In this document: positions 11,996-25,203 of the stretch, piece after piece
Position numbering within the stretch: position 1 is the first letter of the stretch
Layout of the letters: each line of letters starts with the position of its first letter
Assembly: GCF_018350175.1 (NCBI RefSeq)
Contig: NC_058368.1
Location: 61,878,001-61,942,000, forward strand
Direction of reading: 5' to 3'
Source of the DNA: Felis catus
Lineage: Eukaryota
DNA length: 64,000 nt
Made by a program: the position numbers and the translations under genes
The notes under the pieces: generated by a model
What the model was told of the DNA's origin: nothing
Databases searched by the model: none
What the model saw: the letters and a program-made list of their open reading frames with translations, nothing else

Positions 11996-13703
11996 AGTTT
12001 TACCTGGAATAATAGAAAAAAATAAATTATCTTAATGTATCCAAAAATCAGAGAGGAAAATAATATATATACTTACTTTAACTACAAAATATATTCTGAT
12101 TTTAATTTAATTGGAGTGACTTTAATATATATCCTAATACAATGATTGCAATATAATGAACAGGTCTGAAACTAACAATTTTTTTTCTTTTATTGCCGTA
12201 TGCCTCAGTAATTTACAAGTCTTCCATGAATCCTACACATAGTATAATTCACTTTTGAACATTCTCTGTTGGAGTTTTTGGCTGTGGAAAGCATGCAGAT
12301 ACCAATAAAGGAAACAGGTAAATCTCTCAGGAAAACTTTGATTACTAAGTATATATAGTATTCTTAGTTTCTAATACCTTTTCTTGAAACTCCACAAGCT
12401 CAATTTAGAAAAAATTATATTTTGCTGTGAATATGACAGTGCCTTCCCTCCTATGAATACATTGGTCTTCTCTCCTCTCAGAAATTTTCTCCCTCTCATT
12501 TTTTTTTTCCCTTATGTGATTATTGCTTTTGTTCTACGTGTTCTACTCTTTTTCAAGAAAACTAGTTTTGGATTTATTGGTTCTTTATTAGCTGCCATCT
12601 CTATTAATATCTCACATCTAATATTTTTTATTCTTTTGCCTTTTCCAAAGATTAATCAAATCTGCTGTCTCTTTTGCCGAATCCATGTTACAGAGCATAA
12701 ATTTAGTTCTCTTGCAACCGTGCCACAGCTTATCCATTTCCTTTATTTCTTATTTTAAACTTTGTTCTCTGTTTCTATTATCCGATTTTGTTACCTGAAG
12801 ATTGTTGTTAGGGCTATATATTCTTGTTTCATGGGGACCAATTGTTCTCTCATTCTATGGTTGAAGCTAAAGATCTGTGGAATTTTCTTACACACTGGTC
12901 AATAAATCTTTTTAGATGTATGTTATTTTTGTTTGCCTTCGTGTGACTTTCTTTATTTGCCTTTATTTTGTTTGAATTGAGTTGGATTCAACAAGCCTAT
13001 GTCTCATGTTTGATTTGTCTCCTTAACTAACATCTTTGAATATTCAATATTAGTCCAATTTTAAAGTTGTCTAATGATTTGCCTGAATGGATTGCCCTGC
13101 CCTGACACTGTGTATGGTTTTGTATTTAACTATCTCTATTGAACCAGACAGAGGATTGATGTCTAAAACTTCCATTCACACTCTTACTTTACAGACTCAT
13201 TTACCCAGTGTACTTCCTCACATAAAAAGATAATGGCTTCTCAGACTCTCGCTAGATTGTATCAAACGATTTGAACTGATGGAGATCATGAGCAAAAGTC
13301 TACAGTATGCTCTGCTGAAAAGTTTGTGCCTTTTTTTCCTCATTAGTACTTCTATTTTTTTTTTTAATGGAGACTCCATCTTCCAAGGTAGAAATCACAA
13401 GTAACATAACTGGCTTGATATTTCCTTTACTGTTTTCTTGGAATGTTTTGGGAGGGACTGGGGTCTAATTTTCTGATTTGGACTCAGTCTCTGAGAGATT
13501 GAGTAGAGAAGCTATGACAAGTCTTTCTCGGTTTACCCTGCTGTGTGCTTTTTGAGTTGTAATTTTATTCTAGCATTAGAGCAAATAAATTTTACTTTCT
13601 TTATTTTGTATTGCTTTGATCTCTATTATTTCTGTTTAATATATGCAAAAGATACTAAAGTTTTCTCTCATTTTCTTATCTTAGTTTATGATCTAATTTA
13701 GTA

Positions 13704-13716
13704 TGTGTGTGTGTGT

Positions 13717-13751
<35 letters not shown>
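13704..13751. repeat. (GT)n microsatellite, interrupted
   Basis: GT run with one ttc interruption. Confidence 0.95.
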
Positions 13752-13753
<2 letters not shown>

Positions 13754-14344
13754 CTGTCATCTTGGCATTTTTAGGAGATAGTGGGATTTGCTTAAATTTC
13801 CTATATCGACTTCATTACGACTGGCTGTCGTCTCCAGTTTATAATCCAAACAATTTTAATGCAGGTGGCATTCACTTGAATGAACATGTAAGGGTAGTTT
13901 CTAACATGACATTCCCCAGAAGAGTATATGCATTAGCGGTAGTGAATCATTTGAATCAATTTGATTGTTGCTAGTGGCTACTGTTCAAATTAAAATCTTT
14001 GGAGACTTTCAAGTATGAACATGACTTAATCACAGTAAACTTTAAGAAATATTATAGTGGCAAAAGTGTATAGATAGAGGAGTAGAAACAACACAGGTGG
14101 GAAGTTCTGTTAGGCCATATTGGATGAACCCAGATGATAAGGGCCTGGACCAAGAGATTGGCTGTGAGCAACAGAAGGAGAAAATACGTAAAATATTAGT
14201 AGATTTTGTGATTCATTGAATGCAGGAAGTGGAAGATAAGTTGATAATAACATAATTTTTAAAAATAGAATTCTAAATGATTTGTAGGGTTATATAACAG
14301 AAGCCCATATAATTCAGTATTTTATTATTGAAACTTTTGTCATT

Positions 14345-14693
14345 ATATCTCAGTATGAACTGTTATAACAAAGTACAAAAGGTGGCTTATAAACAGCAGA
14401 AATCTATTTCTTACAGTTCTAGAGGCTGGAGGTCCAAATTACAGTGTCAGCATGGTCAGGTTCCAGGGAGAGCCCTCTTCATAGTTGCAGACTACAGACT
14501 TCTTGCTGTGTCATCACGTGATGGAGGCAAGATCTCTTATAAAGGCACTGATCCCACTCATGATGGTTCTTTTCTCAAGACCTTATCTATCTTGATTACA
14601 TCTGAAGGCCCCACCTACTAATACCATTGCATTGGGAGATAGGGTTTTAAACATATGAATGTGGTGGGGGACACAAACATTTAGTCCATAATA
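14345..14693 (-). mobile_element. MaLR solo LTR (MLT1A/MLT1A0-like)
   Basis: ggtggcttataaacagcagaaatctatttcttacagttctagaggctggaggtccaa ... ggggacacaaacatttagtccata matches reverse MLT1A consensus. Confidence 0.88.
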
Positions 14694-15241
14694 TATTACT
14701 TTTACAAGAACAAGTATTCAAGAGTATAATTCCAAAAACATCTTTGGAGAGCTATGAAATTATATCAAGAGAAAGAACAGTCTGTGGACATATAAAATGC
14801 CTGAGTTGAGTCATGGTTCCCTTTGGTAATGGCTATATAAACTAAAAGATCTAGAAGCTAGAAAACACACTGAATTTTGGTAACAGATTCTTCAATTATT
14901 CTTATAAAGCTACAGGTTATTTTGAAAGTTTGATAATTAATCATTGACTAATGAACTGGTCAGTGATTAAAAGAAATTTGGGGCTGTATATTATTTAGAT
15001 AATAAAATATTTTATTTCAAACTTTATTTGTAACGTATTTTAGAATCAGTCCATGATATATTTGTTTGGAATGTTTTTCAACTTAAAATAACAATATTAG
15101 ATATTTAGCGATAATTTTTCTTTTGAAAAGTTCTTAATTGCTATTACTTAACGAATTCTTCGTTGATATTGTGAGATTTTTATCTATGGCTTAATACCAT
15201 CATGTCTGAAATAAATCCCATGTTTGGTGATGGGAGATGCG

Positions 15242-15244
<3 letters not shown>

Positions 15245-15277
<33 letters not shown>
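15245..15277. repeat. (GT)n microsatellite
   Basis: Perfect GT run. Confidence 0.95.
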
Positions 15278-15278
<1 letters not shown>

Positions 15279-17269
15279 GTGTGATATGGTTATTTTTCTT
15301 TACTTTCAATTTTCTAGCGTAACAGTTTTTCAGAATCTAGAGGTAGAGAAGTTGTATTTCCAATATGTTCATATCATAGCTACAGTCATGCCTGATTCAG
15401 TATTGTTGGGATTTAAGAAAGCTCAGTTAAAAGCACGATCTTTTTCACACTCTCCGGTATGTTTGTTGGGACATTTCTTCTCTGCTCCTCACTTTTGCAT
15501 GGAGAGGAGCTTCCACTGCAGTATTATCCTGGACATTGTCATGTGTCTTCACTCACTTCCAGTGGGGAAGATATAAATTATCTAGTGCATGAATTTGGTA
15601 AGGTAGACAGAGAATTAATGTTCAGACCCTTCTGATTCTCTTTGGGATCTTTGCTTTGCAAACAATTCTGCAATCCCAAGCTGACGTTGCAATTCCAATG
15701 TGGGTTAGTCAATGCCTAGACACATAATTTTAATGTGAATTTTTCCATAGACCTAAGCCACATTTCCAAATATTTTTATTATCATAAAGTGATATTTTCA
15801 TTTCCAACTATTCTTCCTATTTGCCATTGGATTTCAAACTGGGTAAGGAGAAAAAAGGAGGGAAGTATTAGCTATTAAACCCTAAAACTCCAGCACGTGG
15901 CATTTAATTTTAGAACCGGAAAACTGTTCTTTTTTTCTTGTAGTCCCTTCTACTATAAAAATATACAACTGTTCAGTATAGTCATATTAGAAAACAGTGA
16001 AAGGAGTAGCACTCCACTGAGAAAGGGAAATGTCAAGGATTTAAATCACTGTAGTAATACTGCTTGACACATATTATTTATGTTCTCTGATTATTGTATC
16101 TCTGATGAGTTTATTTGTAAGCTGATGGGTTAGTCCTGATGACCCTAGTGTTTTTTGAAGTCTGAAGTCTTTTATAAATCTCAATAAAGTTCTTTCTTGA
16201 AACAAAAATCAAATAACACCCTCCCACACACACACTGCAAACAAAAGTGAATAAATCAACAAATAATTATTTCAAATTTTAAAAGGCCTATAGTTTAACA
16301 GATAATACCACCAAAGTTCTTGAAGTCCAAAATTATACTTTTAAAATGATAATTTTTTAAATGATGCCCAAATTATTTTTTTAAATGTGATATATGCATT
16401 TAACCATCTGATATAAACTCATTTTCAGAACATGGTAGTATCTATTTGTGATTTGAACATTAGCAACGTGAGATTACATTTCTAACAACTAAAAGGAGTG
16501 TATTCGAGAGCCAAGTAAATGATCCTGAAAATAGCTTTACACCAATGGCTTCTAAATGAAATTTAGGACAGTAACCTTAATTTCACCAGCTGTTCTTACT
16601 GGAATAGAAAGTCTCATGAAAAACACAAAGCTGCAAACAGGGATTTACAAACACATGTTGTAGGTGGTCAAGCACGATCTTAAAACAACAAACTTTCTAA
16701 ACTGAAGCCAGAGTTTTGTTTTTTTTTAATCTGAGTACATATCACCACTTTTCCAAGTAAGAAGAAATTGTTTTATGCACACAAAGACTTATAAACTAAT
16801 ATTGGGGAATCATTAAATATGATTTATAGTTCAAAGTACCATGTTGTATATATTTTTCTATTGATACTCTTTATGAACCATCAATCAGATGCTGCAATAA
16901 TCTTCAACAAGAAACAATTTTTTTAAAAATCTGCATTTAGATATTTTGCTACTTAACTTGTATTTGTTCCAAACATATAAAAATGTAACTATGTTTGAAC
17001 ATTTAAATAAGGAAACTACCTAATATTTTCTGATCTCTTTTTACATAGAATTCCTTAAGCAAGAAAGAGCCAAGATATATACTATAAGCTTAAAATATAC
17101 AAAAAGCTATAAGTACAAGATTGACTTCTACTTTGTCACGTACTTAACACCTCCAATTAATACATTCTCTTGTGCATTTTAACCTCTCCTTTTATGCTGT
17201 ATCATTTTCATTAACAAGAACACATTAAACTATTTTTAAAACAAACCAGAATGCCTTAAAAACCCACCT

Positions 17270-17970
17270 GTCCTCATTCTAGCTATTATCTCATTGTGTA
17301 CTCCCCTTCTCACATGATAATGTGGAGAGTGGTCTCCATAGGATGCACGCACTTCATCATTTGTCTTTCACTCTCTGAGTAACCCCTCATTGCATCCACT
17401 CAAGATAATCAAACAGAATAATTTCTTTCCAAAATAAATAGTGATTTATATGCTGCCAAATCCAGTGACCATATTTTCAATATTCATATCATTAACCTCT
17501 ATTTGTCATTCATTGTAACAGAATTCACTCTCTTCTTTTGACTTGTAGACTTCGACAATGTCCACTCCCCATCCACAATTTCATTGATTTTAATTTGTGT
17601 CTTTGATTGGTTCTTCCCATACTGCCTATTGTCTTGATTTTGACTTTTGCCAAGGCAATTTTCTGGGCCCACTGTTTTCCTATCTCGATGATCTGCCTCT
17701 AATGTATTTTTCATGTTTAAAATTTTCCTTTCCCATGTTTTCAGTGGAGCCCATATGCTGACATAATGAAATATTTTAAATCCAGATAAACTTCTCTCTG
17801 AACATCAGACCTATAAGAGAATCATAGGTATATAATACATATCCAATAATAAACACTTGATTCTCCTACATACTTAATCTTCCTTCAAGTTCATTTCAGT
17901 AAGTGGTTCCGCCATATACCACATTACTCAATATTATGCCATGGGAATATTTCTGGATATCTCTAATTTC
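17270..17970 (+). mobile_element. L2 LINE relic (RT/3' region)
   Basis: tgctgccaaatccagtgaccatattttc..aacctct, atgctgac..aaatatttt..tccagataaacttctctctgaacatcagacc follow L2 consensus order. Confidence 0.65.
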
Positions 17971-18582
17971 ACTCATAATAAAAACCAAATGCTTTAACAC
18001 AGAATGTGATGTTCTGAATGTTGTGTCCACCACCTAACTCAGAGAATTTTGCCTCCACAAAAGTAGAGGAGACAAGCTATTTCTTAGTATGTTTGCTAAA
18101 TACAACTACAACCCCTGGAAATTGTATATATAAAAAAATAAATAAAAGACAACTTGATAAGATGGAAGGAAGTCACCAGGAAGCTTAGACCCAAAGTAGA
18201 ACACAGTGGTGAACTCCTTGTTTTCTTTTTGCCTCATATATCTCAGGCTTGGATATGAAGGAGTCAGCCACCCAACGACACCAATGGATGCAGACAAAGA
18301 GAAAAAAAGGAAAGAAAAGGGAAAAAAAAGCCTCAACAAGAACTTGCTCTCTCTAGTCAAAGGACCAGGGAAAAAGAAGCTTAACAAGACAGAAAACACT
18401 TAGGCAAGAAATGCTCTCTCCCAGTCAAATGCCATAGAAAGATGTATGGCCCAGCTCCTACCTATGACAGAAAATGCCAAGTGAGGAGCCTCAGAATTCC
18501 CTCTTCTGAAACTGTAACAAGGTACTCCAACACTCCCGTCATATTGGTGTCGAGAAGGCCCAGCGGGAGTCAGGACGGTTGA

Positions 18583-19539
18583 GTGCATGTGTCTCGTTGA
18601 ATCAGTATTTTTGTATCCTTTGGGTAAATACCTAGTAGTGCACTGCTGGAACATAGGGTAGTTCTATTTTTAACTTTTGGAGGAATCTCCATACTGTTTT
18701 CCACAGTGGCTGCACCAGTTTGCATTCCCACCAACAGTGTAAGGGGGTTCCCCTTTTTCTGCATCCTCACCAACACTCGTTTCCTGTGTTGTTAATTTCA
18801 CCCCAATGTTTATGGCAACATTATCAACAATAGGCAAATTATGGAAAAAGCCCAAATGTCCATAGACCGATGAATTCATAAAGAAGTGGTATGCGTATGT
18901 ATATATAGAAATGTATATATAGACATGAGTATGACTCAGCCATTTGCAATGATGTGGATGGAACAAGAGTATAATGCTACTTGGAGTCAGTCAGTCAGCG
19001 AAAGACAAATACCATATGATTTCACTCATATGTGGAATTCCAAAAACAAAAGAGATGAACATGGGGGAAAAAGACAGGTAAACCATCAAACAGACTGTTA
19101 ACTATAGAGAAAAAGATGAGAGTTGATGGAGGGAGGTTGGTGTGAGAATGAGCTAAGTGGGTGATGGTTACTAAGGAGGGCACTTGTGATGAGCACTGGG
19201 TGCTGTATGTAAGTGATGAATCAGAACATTCTACTACTGAAACCAGTATTACATTATATGTTAACTAACTGGAATTTAAATAAAAACTTAAAAAAAAGAA
19301 GAGGCGCTTGAGTGGCTCAGTTGGCTGAGTGTCCGACTTCAGTTGAGGTCATGATCTCACAGCTTGTGAGTTCAAGCCCTGCATCAGGCTCTGTGTAGAC
19401 AACTCAGAGCCTGAAGCCTGCTTCAGATTCTGTGTCTCCCTCTCTCTCTCTGCCCCTCTCCCACTCATGCTCTGCCTCTCTCTCTCTCGCAAAAATAGAG
19501 AACTATTACAAAAATTAAAAAAAAAACTTAAAGAAAAAA
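18583..19539 (+). mobile_element. 5'-truncated, 5'-inverted carnivore L1 (twin priming)
   Basis: 18583-18798 is antisense ORF2 C-terminal sequence, 18799-19300 is sense ORF2 end, 3' UTR and A tail; TSD GGAGTCAGGA(C/T)G at 18566 and 19540. Confidence 0.9.
19301..19521 (+). mobile_element. CAN-SINE inserted in the L1 poly(A) tail
   Basis: SINEC body; flanking AAAAACTTAAA.. duplicated at 19282 and 19522. Confidence 0.93.
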
Positions 19540-21598
19540 GGAGTCAGGATGCTGATCTTCACTGACTACGAATGGCCCTACTCTTTCACAGTGTCACGGG
19601 AAAGCACAAAAGTAGCCTGGGCTTATTACATCCCTCCGACAATAATGAGGTGCCTCTGTATGCCACTTGTCATACCAAGATCTCAAACCAAGTGAAAACG
19701 AGAATGAATGGATTCAAAACCTGAGATGACAGAGATGTTAGAATTAAAGCAGTCATAATAAAATGCTTCATTGAGAATTGTGCACACACATGAAACAGCA
19801 AAAATCAGAAAAAAATCAGAAAAGAAATGTAGGGTGTAAAGAAGTACCAACAACAAAGTTTCCAACTGAAAAATACAGTTACCAAAATAATATTAATAAT
19901 AAAAATTTAAAAACCTTCATAAATGGAATAAACAGGATATTGGAAGGACCAGAAGAAAGACTGGATGAATGAATAAATAAACCAAGAGAACTTACCCAAT
20001 ATGAACAACGGGGTGAGAAAAGAAGGAAAATAAATGAATAAAGCCTTAGAAACCTATGAAAATAGAATGAAAGACCTAATATTCATGTTATTGGAGTCCC
20101 AGGACAAAAGGTGAAACAGGACACATTTTAAAAGTACTCAAAGAAATCATGTATTCCAGTTTGGAAATGCTAAAAACCTACAGATTCACAAAGCTAAACA
20201 TCAAAACATATATTAGTCAAATCTTGAAATCTGAAGGCAAACAGGAAGTAATCTGGAAAGCAACAAGAGAAAAATGACACCTTACCTACAAGAAAAAAAA
20301 TTTTTGAATGACAGCAGATTTCTCATCAAAAATCAAGAAAGTCAAGAAGAATAGGATAAAAACTTTTTTTCAGAGCTGAAGAATACGTACTATTCACTCA
20401 AAATCTTATATTCAGCAAAAATGTACTCTAGAAATGAAGGGGAAATCAATATATCTATGGATGAAGGGTTTGTCACCAGTTTATCTATCCTGAAAGAATG
20501 ACCTAAGGAAGGAGTTCTGTAAAAAGAAATAAAATGATCTTTTTTTTAAAGGAAAGGTACATTGGAATGTAAAAATTGAAGAAAGAACATAGTAAGCAAA
20601 AATATGGGTAAATGCAATATAATTCTCTTTTGTTGAGGTTCTAAATTATGTTGGATGTTGAAGTAAAATTGTAACACTGTGTGATATAGTTCTGATATAT
20701 GTACAAGAAATATTAAAATAATTATATTCTAAATGTAGGAAGATGAGCAAAAGGATGCAAAGCGAGATAATATTTCTATACTTTACTCACACTGTTAAAA
20801 TGATGACACCAACAGATAAGTTATGTGTATAATGTAATACCTAGAACAGCCACAAAAATCACTATAGATAAGTAAAAATGGAATCCCCAAATGTATGGGT
20901 AGCTTAAAAGAAGGCAGGGAAATAAAAACAGAAAAAATATATATATGTAAAATGAACAAACAGAAAATAGAAAAATAAAATGGCAGACAAAAGCATTAAC
21001 AAATCATTAAATGCAGATGGTCTACATAGAACAATTAAAAGACAGAAATTGACAAAAGGGATTAGAAATCATAACCCAACCATATGCTATCTACAAGAAA
21101 CTCACTTCAAAGATAATGATATGGGCAGCTTGAAAGCAAACACATGAAAAAAGACATATCATAAAAATATTAATGAAAACAAAGTAGAAATGGCTATATT
21201 ATAGCAGATATAGTTAAAAATATGTTGGATTGCCTTTTCTTTTCCAAATAAAGACAAAAATTCCAGGATGCAAGAAATAAAATTACTAAATTGAAAAGAA
21301 AGTCTCCCAGAGTTTATTTGGGCAACACTGTGCAACTTCCCACACACCAAGGGAAGAACTGTATCTCCAGAGCTTCAGGAAAGAGTGGGGGGAGGTTTGT
21401 TTAACTATAATGTTCCAAATTACCATTTTCATGTGAAGAACACTGGAAGTCATTTGTAGCTATCGAAAAATTTTAAAAGTATTACTATCCTTATATATTT
21501 ACTAAATAATCTGTGCAACTTTGATCTTCAAACCCTATTTGATTATGTCCTATTAAAAAAATAAAATTTCTTACAGCCCTACAAAAATATATTTTCTT

Positions 21599-21811
21599 GG
21601 GGCGCCTGGGTGGCGCAGTCGGTTAAGCGTCCGACTTCAGCCAGGTCACGATATCGCGGTCCGTGGGTTCGAGCCCCGCATCAGGCTCTGGGCTGATGGC
21701 TCAGAGCCTGGAGCCTGTTTCCGATTCTGTCTCCCTCTCTCTCTGCCCCTCCCCCGTTCATGCTCTGTCTCTCTCTGTCCCAAAAATAAATAAATGTTGA
21801 AAAAAAAATTA
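21599..21811 (+). mobile_element. Young feline SINE (SINEC_Fc-type)
   Basis: ggggcgcctgggtggcgcagtcggttaagcgtccgac near-consensus; TSD AAAAATATATTTTCTT, right copy with TA expansion. Confidence 0.97.
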
Positions 21812-21835
21812 AAAAATATATATATATTTTCTTAA

Positions 21836-22040
21836 GGGACACCTGGGTGGCTCAGTAAGTTAAGTGTCCAACTTTGGCTCATGTCTTGATCTCATGGTTT
21901 GTGAATTCAAGCACCACATCAGACTCTGTGCTGACAGTGTGGACCTGCCTGGGATTCTTTCTCTCCCTCTCTCTGCCCCTCCCCAATTGTGTTCTCTGTC
22001 TCTCTCTCTCTCTCTCTCTCAAAATAAATAAACTTAAAAA
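21836..22040 (+). mobile_element. CAN-SINE (older), in tandem with previous SINE
   Basis: gggacacctgggtggctcag head, CpG-depleted body, (CT)n, A tail. Confidence 0.93.
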
Positions 22041-22574
22041 AAAATCTTTACTTAAAATTACACATGCATATATTTTGCATAGATGCATACATATACTGTA
22101 CATATAGATTATGCACATTATAGATGCACATATATAGTCACTATAGATTATGCATGGTATAAATCAGCAGAATACAGTGGACAATGTAGATAAACATATC
22201 TGGGTATTGAAGAATATTTATAATTCCACAGGTGTCAGTGATCTCCAGTAAGTTAGTTCTTATTTTCCCTAACCAAGAAAAAACGAAAACACAAAATACA
22301 AACAAACAAACAAACCCCAAACAATTGCATCTTTTATCCTAAGTAAATTCAGGCACATGGTGGAATTCTTTTCATTGTAACTTATGTTACATTTTTCAAA
22401 TTCTGCCCTTTTCTATCTTCATTTTATCACTTTGTTTGAAGGTATGTTTATATCTGAATCGACCTCCTATCAGTCTAGGCCTCACAAAATATGTTAGTGG
22501 ACAAGTTTTCCTGTGTCCCTACCGAGACTTTCCATCTCCCCAGTTTGCAGGCAAATAATCAGATCCCACTAACC

Positions 22575-22912
22575 TTCTTTTTATTCAAATTTCAGTATAA
22601 TTAACATACAGTGTTATATTATTTTCAGATATACAATACAGTGACTCAACAATTCTATGTATTACTCAGAGCTCATCATAAGTGTGCTCTTTAATCCTCA
22701 TCACTTATTTCACCCTTCCCCCCATCCCCTCTGGTAGTCATCGGTTTGTTCTCAATAGTTAAAAGTCCATTTCTTGGTTTGTCTGTCTCTTTCTCTTTCC
22801 CCATGCCCCTGCCCTTTGCTCATTTGTTGTGCTTCCTAAATGCTACATCTGAGTGAAATCATATGGCATTTGTCCTTCTCTGACTGACTAACTCTGCTTA
22901 GCATTATGCTCT
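22575..22912 (-). mobile_element. Carnivore L1 3' end (ORF2 end and 3' UTR), fused to U6
   Basis: Minus strand reads agagcataatgctaagcagagttagtcagtcagagaaggacaaatgccatatgatttcactc ... acactgtatgttaattatactg and A-rich tail. Confidence 0.9.
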
Positions 22913-23018
22913 AAAAGTATGGGACGCTTCACAAATTTGGGTGTCATCCTCACAAGGGATCCTGCTAATCTTGTGTATATCATTCCAATTTTAGTATATG
23001 TGCTACCAAAGTGAGCAC
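22913..23018 (-). pseudogene. RNU6: Full-length U6 snRNA retropseudogene (5' part of a U6-L1 chimera)
   Basis: Minus strand GTGCTCACTTTGGTAGCACATATACTAAAATTGGAATGATATACACAAGATTAGCAGGATCCCTTGTGAGGATGACACCCAAATTTGTGAAGCGTCCCATACTTTT aligns end to end with U6; ACAGAGA box mutated. Confidence 0.96.
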
Positions 23019-24058
23019 TGTAATTGGTTTTTAAAAAAGCATTATTTAAATTATGCATTATAATGTGCAGTCCAAGTAAACAACAATGAAAGATCATACA
23101 CTTAGTCACACATCTTCATACATCTAGATTCATTCTTGTTCTATAAAGGTGTCCTTCTGGCTAACACATATCTAGAGTCACTCTTGTTGCAACGATCTCC
23201 CTATGGCTATTTTTTTTTTTTTTTGCAGTCAATTTACATTGAAGTAACTCCTCAGCACTTCCTTATATTAGAAATACAAATCCTCTCATGCTTTGAAAGT
23301 TCTTTCCTCCTACGTGATGTAGCAGCTGTTTGGAGAGATTCTTAGAGCATGTTGCATCTTGGAGGGGAAAGGAATAATCCTGGGCACTGTTTTCTCAATT
23401 TTCCTGGCAATGAACAAGTGGTTTTGGCCTCCACTGTTTTTTGTACGCTTCTATTTTCCTTGACATGATCTCCTCACCTGTCACAAGATCTCTGCCTCTG
23501 ACATGCAGTATCTAGTGAACATGAGGTGACAAGGAAACTCAGAATGTTTTCAATTTTGGCTGTCAGCAACCACATTAAGGAAAGAAAACAGTGACAGCAC
23601 AGCAAACAGTCTGGCATTTTATTTGTCCTTTTTTTCTTATGTTCCCATATGAAGTCATTAAATCTTTGTCAGGGGAAATGTCATCACTACTCACACAAGA
23701 AGGTCATGTCAAAAGGGTGGGAAAATATTAAATAATTATTTCTGAGAACAGGTGCATCACTCTCAACCATAGTGTTAAAATTTAACTGTGTGTTGCATAT
23801 ATTTAGGTATATCAATGGTTAATAATATTTTTTTCTCTGGAAAAAAGTCATTCATGAGAATGTTTTATTCCTTTATTTTCTGAATACTGGACATGTATTC
23901 TCTGAAGCTCCTCATTTAATACCGCAGACTCAGGCTATGGCATAGGGAAGACATCCACTCTTATAGTCCTATTTGGATTTTTATTCATTACAGGCTTCTC
24001 TATGAGAATGGAAAACGCTGAGTTGAATAGATTGATAAAAGGAGAAGTGGGCTTTTCT

Positions 24059-25203
24059 TTTTTATGTTTGTTTGCTTATTTATTTATTTATTTATTTTGA
24101 GTGAAGGAAATAGTGTCAAAGCAGGGGAGGGGCAGAGAAAGAGGGAGGGAGAGAGAACCCCAAGCAGTATCCATGCTATCAGCACAGAGCCCAACACGGG
24201 ACTTGGCTTGATCTCACAAACCGTGAGATCATGACCTGATCTGAAATTAGGAGTCTGCATTCAAAATCTATAAAGAACTCACCAAACTCCACACCCAAAA
24301 AACAATCAAGTGAAGAAATGGGCAGAAGACATGAAGAGACACTTCTCTAAAGAAGACATCCAGATGGCCAACAGGCACATGAAAAGATGTTCAACATCAC
24401 TCCTCATCAGGGAAATACAAATCAAAACCACATTGAGATATCACCTCATGCTAGTTGGAGAAGCTAAAATGAACAAATCAGGAGACTATAGATGCTGGAG
24501 AGAATGTGGAGAAACGGGAACCCTCTTGCACTGTTGGTGGAAATGCAAACCGGTGTGGCCGCTCTGGAAAACAGTGTGGAGGTTCCTCAAAAAATTAAAA
24601 ATAGATATACCCTATGACCCAGCAATAGCACTGCTAGGAATTTACCCAAGGGATACAGGAGTACTGATGCATAGGGGAACTTGTACCCCAATGTTTATAG
24701 CAGCACTTTCAACAATAGTCAAATTATGGAAAGAGTCTAAATGTCCATCAGTTGACGAATGGATAAAGAAGTTGTGGTTTATATATACAATGAATACTAC
24801 TTGGCAATGAGAAATAATGAAACCTGGCCTTTTGTAGCAACATGGTTGGAACTGGAGAGTGTTATACTAAGTGAAATAAGTCATACATAGAAAGACAGAT
24901 ACCATATGTTTTCACCCTTATGTGGATCCTGAGAAACTTACCAGAAGACCATGGAGGAGGGGAAGGGGGAAAAAAGTTAGAAAAGGAGGGAGCCAAACCA
25001 TAAGAGACTCTTAAAAAACTGAGAATAAACTGAGGGTTGATGGGGGGTGGGATGGAGGGGAGGGTGTGTGGTGGGTATTGAGGAGGGCACCTGTTGGGAT
25101 GAGCACTGGGTGTTTTATGGAAACCAATTTGACAATAAATTTCATATTAAAAAAATGAAATTTGGAGTCTGATGCTTCACCGATTGAACCACCCAGGCAT
25201 CCC
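24059..25203 (-). mobile_element. CAN-SINE split by an L1 insertion (pieces 24059-24257 and 25172-25203)
   Basis: SINE body stops at gaaattaggagtctg and resumes atgcttcaccgattgaaccacccaggcatccc; perfect 16-bp TSD AGAAGTGGGCTTTTCT at 24043 and 25205. Confidence 0.93.
24258..25155 (+). mobile_element. 5'-truncated feline L1 (ORF2 C-terminus and 3' UTR)
   Basis: ORF 24310-24810 is L1 ORF2 C-terminus with the CCHC motif ([18 protein letters not shown]); feline-type 3' UTR ending aaccaatttgacaataaatttcatatt(A)n; TSD TGAAATT(A/T)GGAGTCTG at 24242 and 25156. Confidence 0.96.

Larger units (their letters stand above)
18045..21210 (+). mobile_element. Ancient L1 (L1MC/L1MD-type): 5' UTR, decayed ORF1 and start of ORF2; interrupted by a younger L1 and SINE
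   Basis: ORF1-like motifs at 19700-20520 (taatattcatgttattggagtccca, acctacagattca, gaatgacagcagatttctcatca); endonuclease motif atatgctatctacaagaaactcacttc (CxLQETH) at about 21082. Confidence 0.8.

Noticed and set aside
12384..12758. 124-aa hydrophobic ORF as a membrane protein
   Set aside because: T-rich composition typical of decayed antisense L1; TTG start and no recognisable domain.
22913..23018. Functional U6 snRNA gene
   Set aside because: ACAGAGA box and other conserved positions are mutated, CpGs have decayed, and it is fused to L1.
24310..24810. 166-aa ORF, the longest in the window, as a host gene
   Set aside because: It is the L1 ORF2 C-terminus within a 5'-truncated, TSD-flanked insertion.
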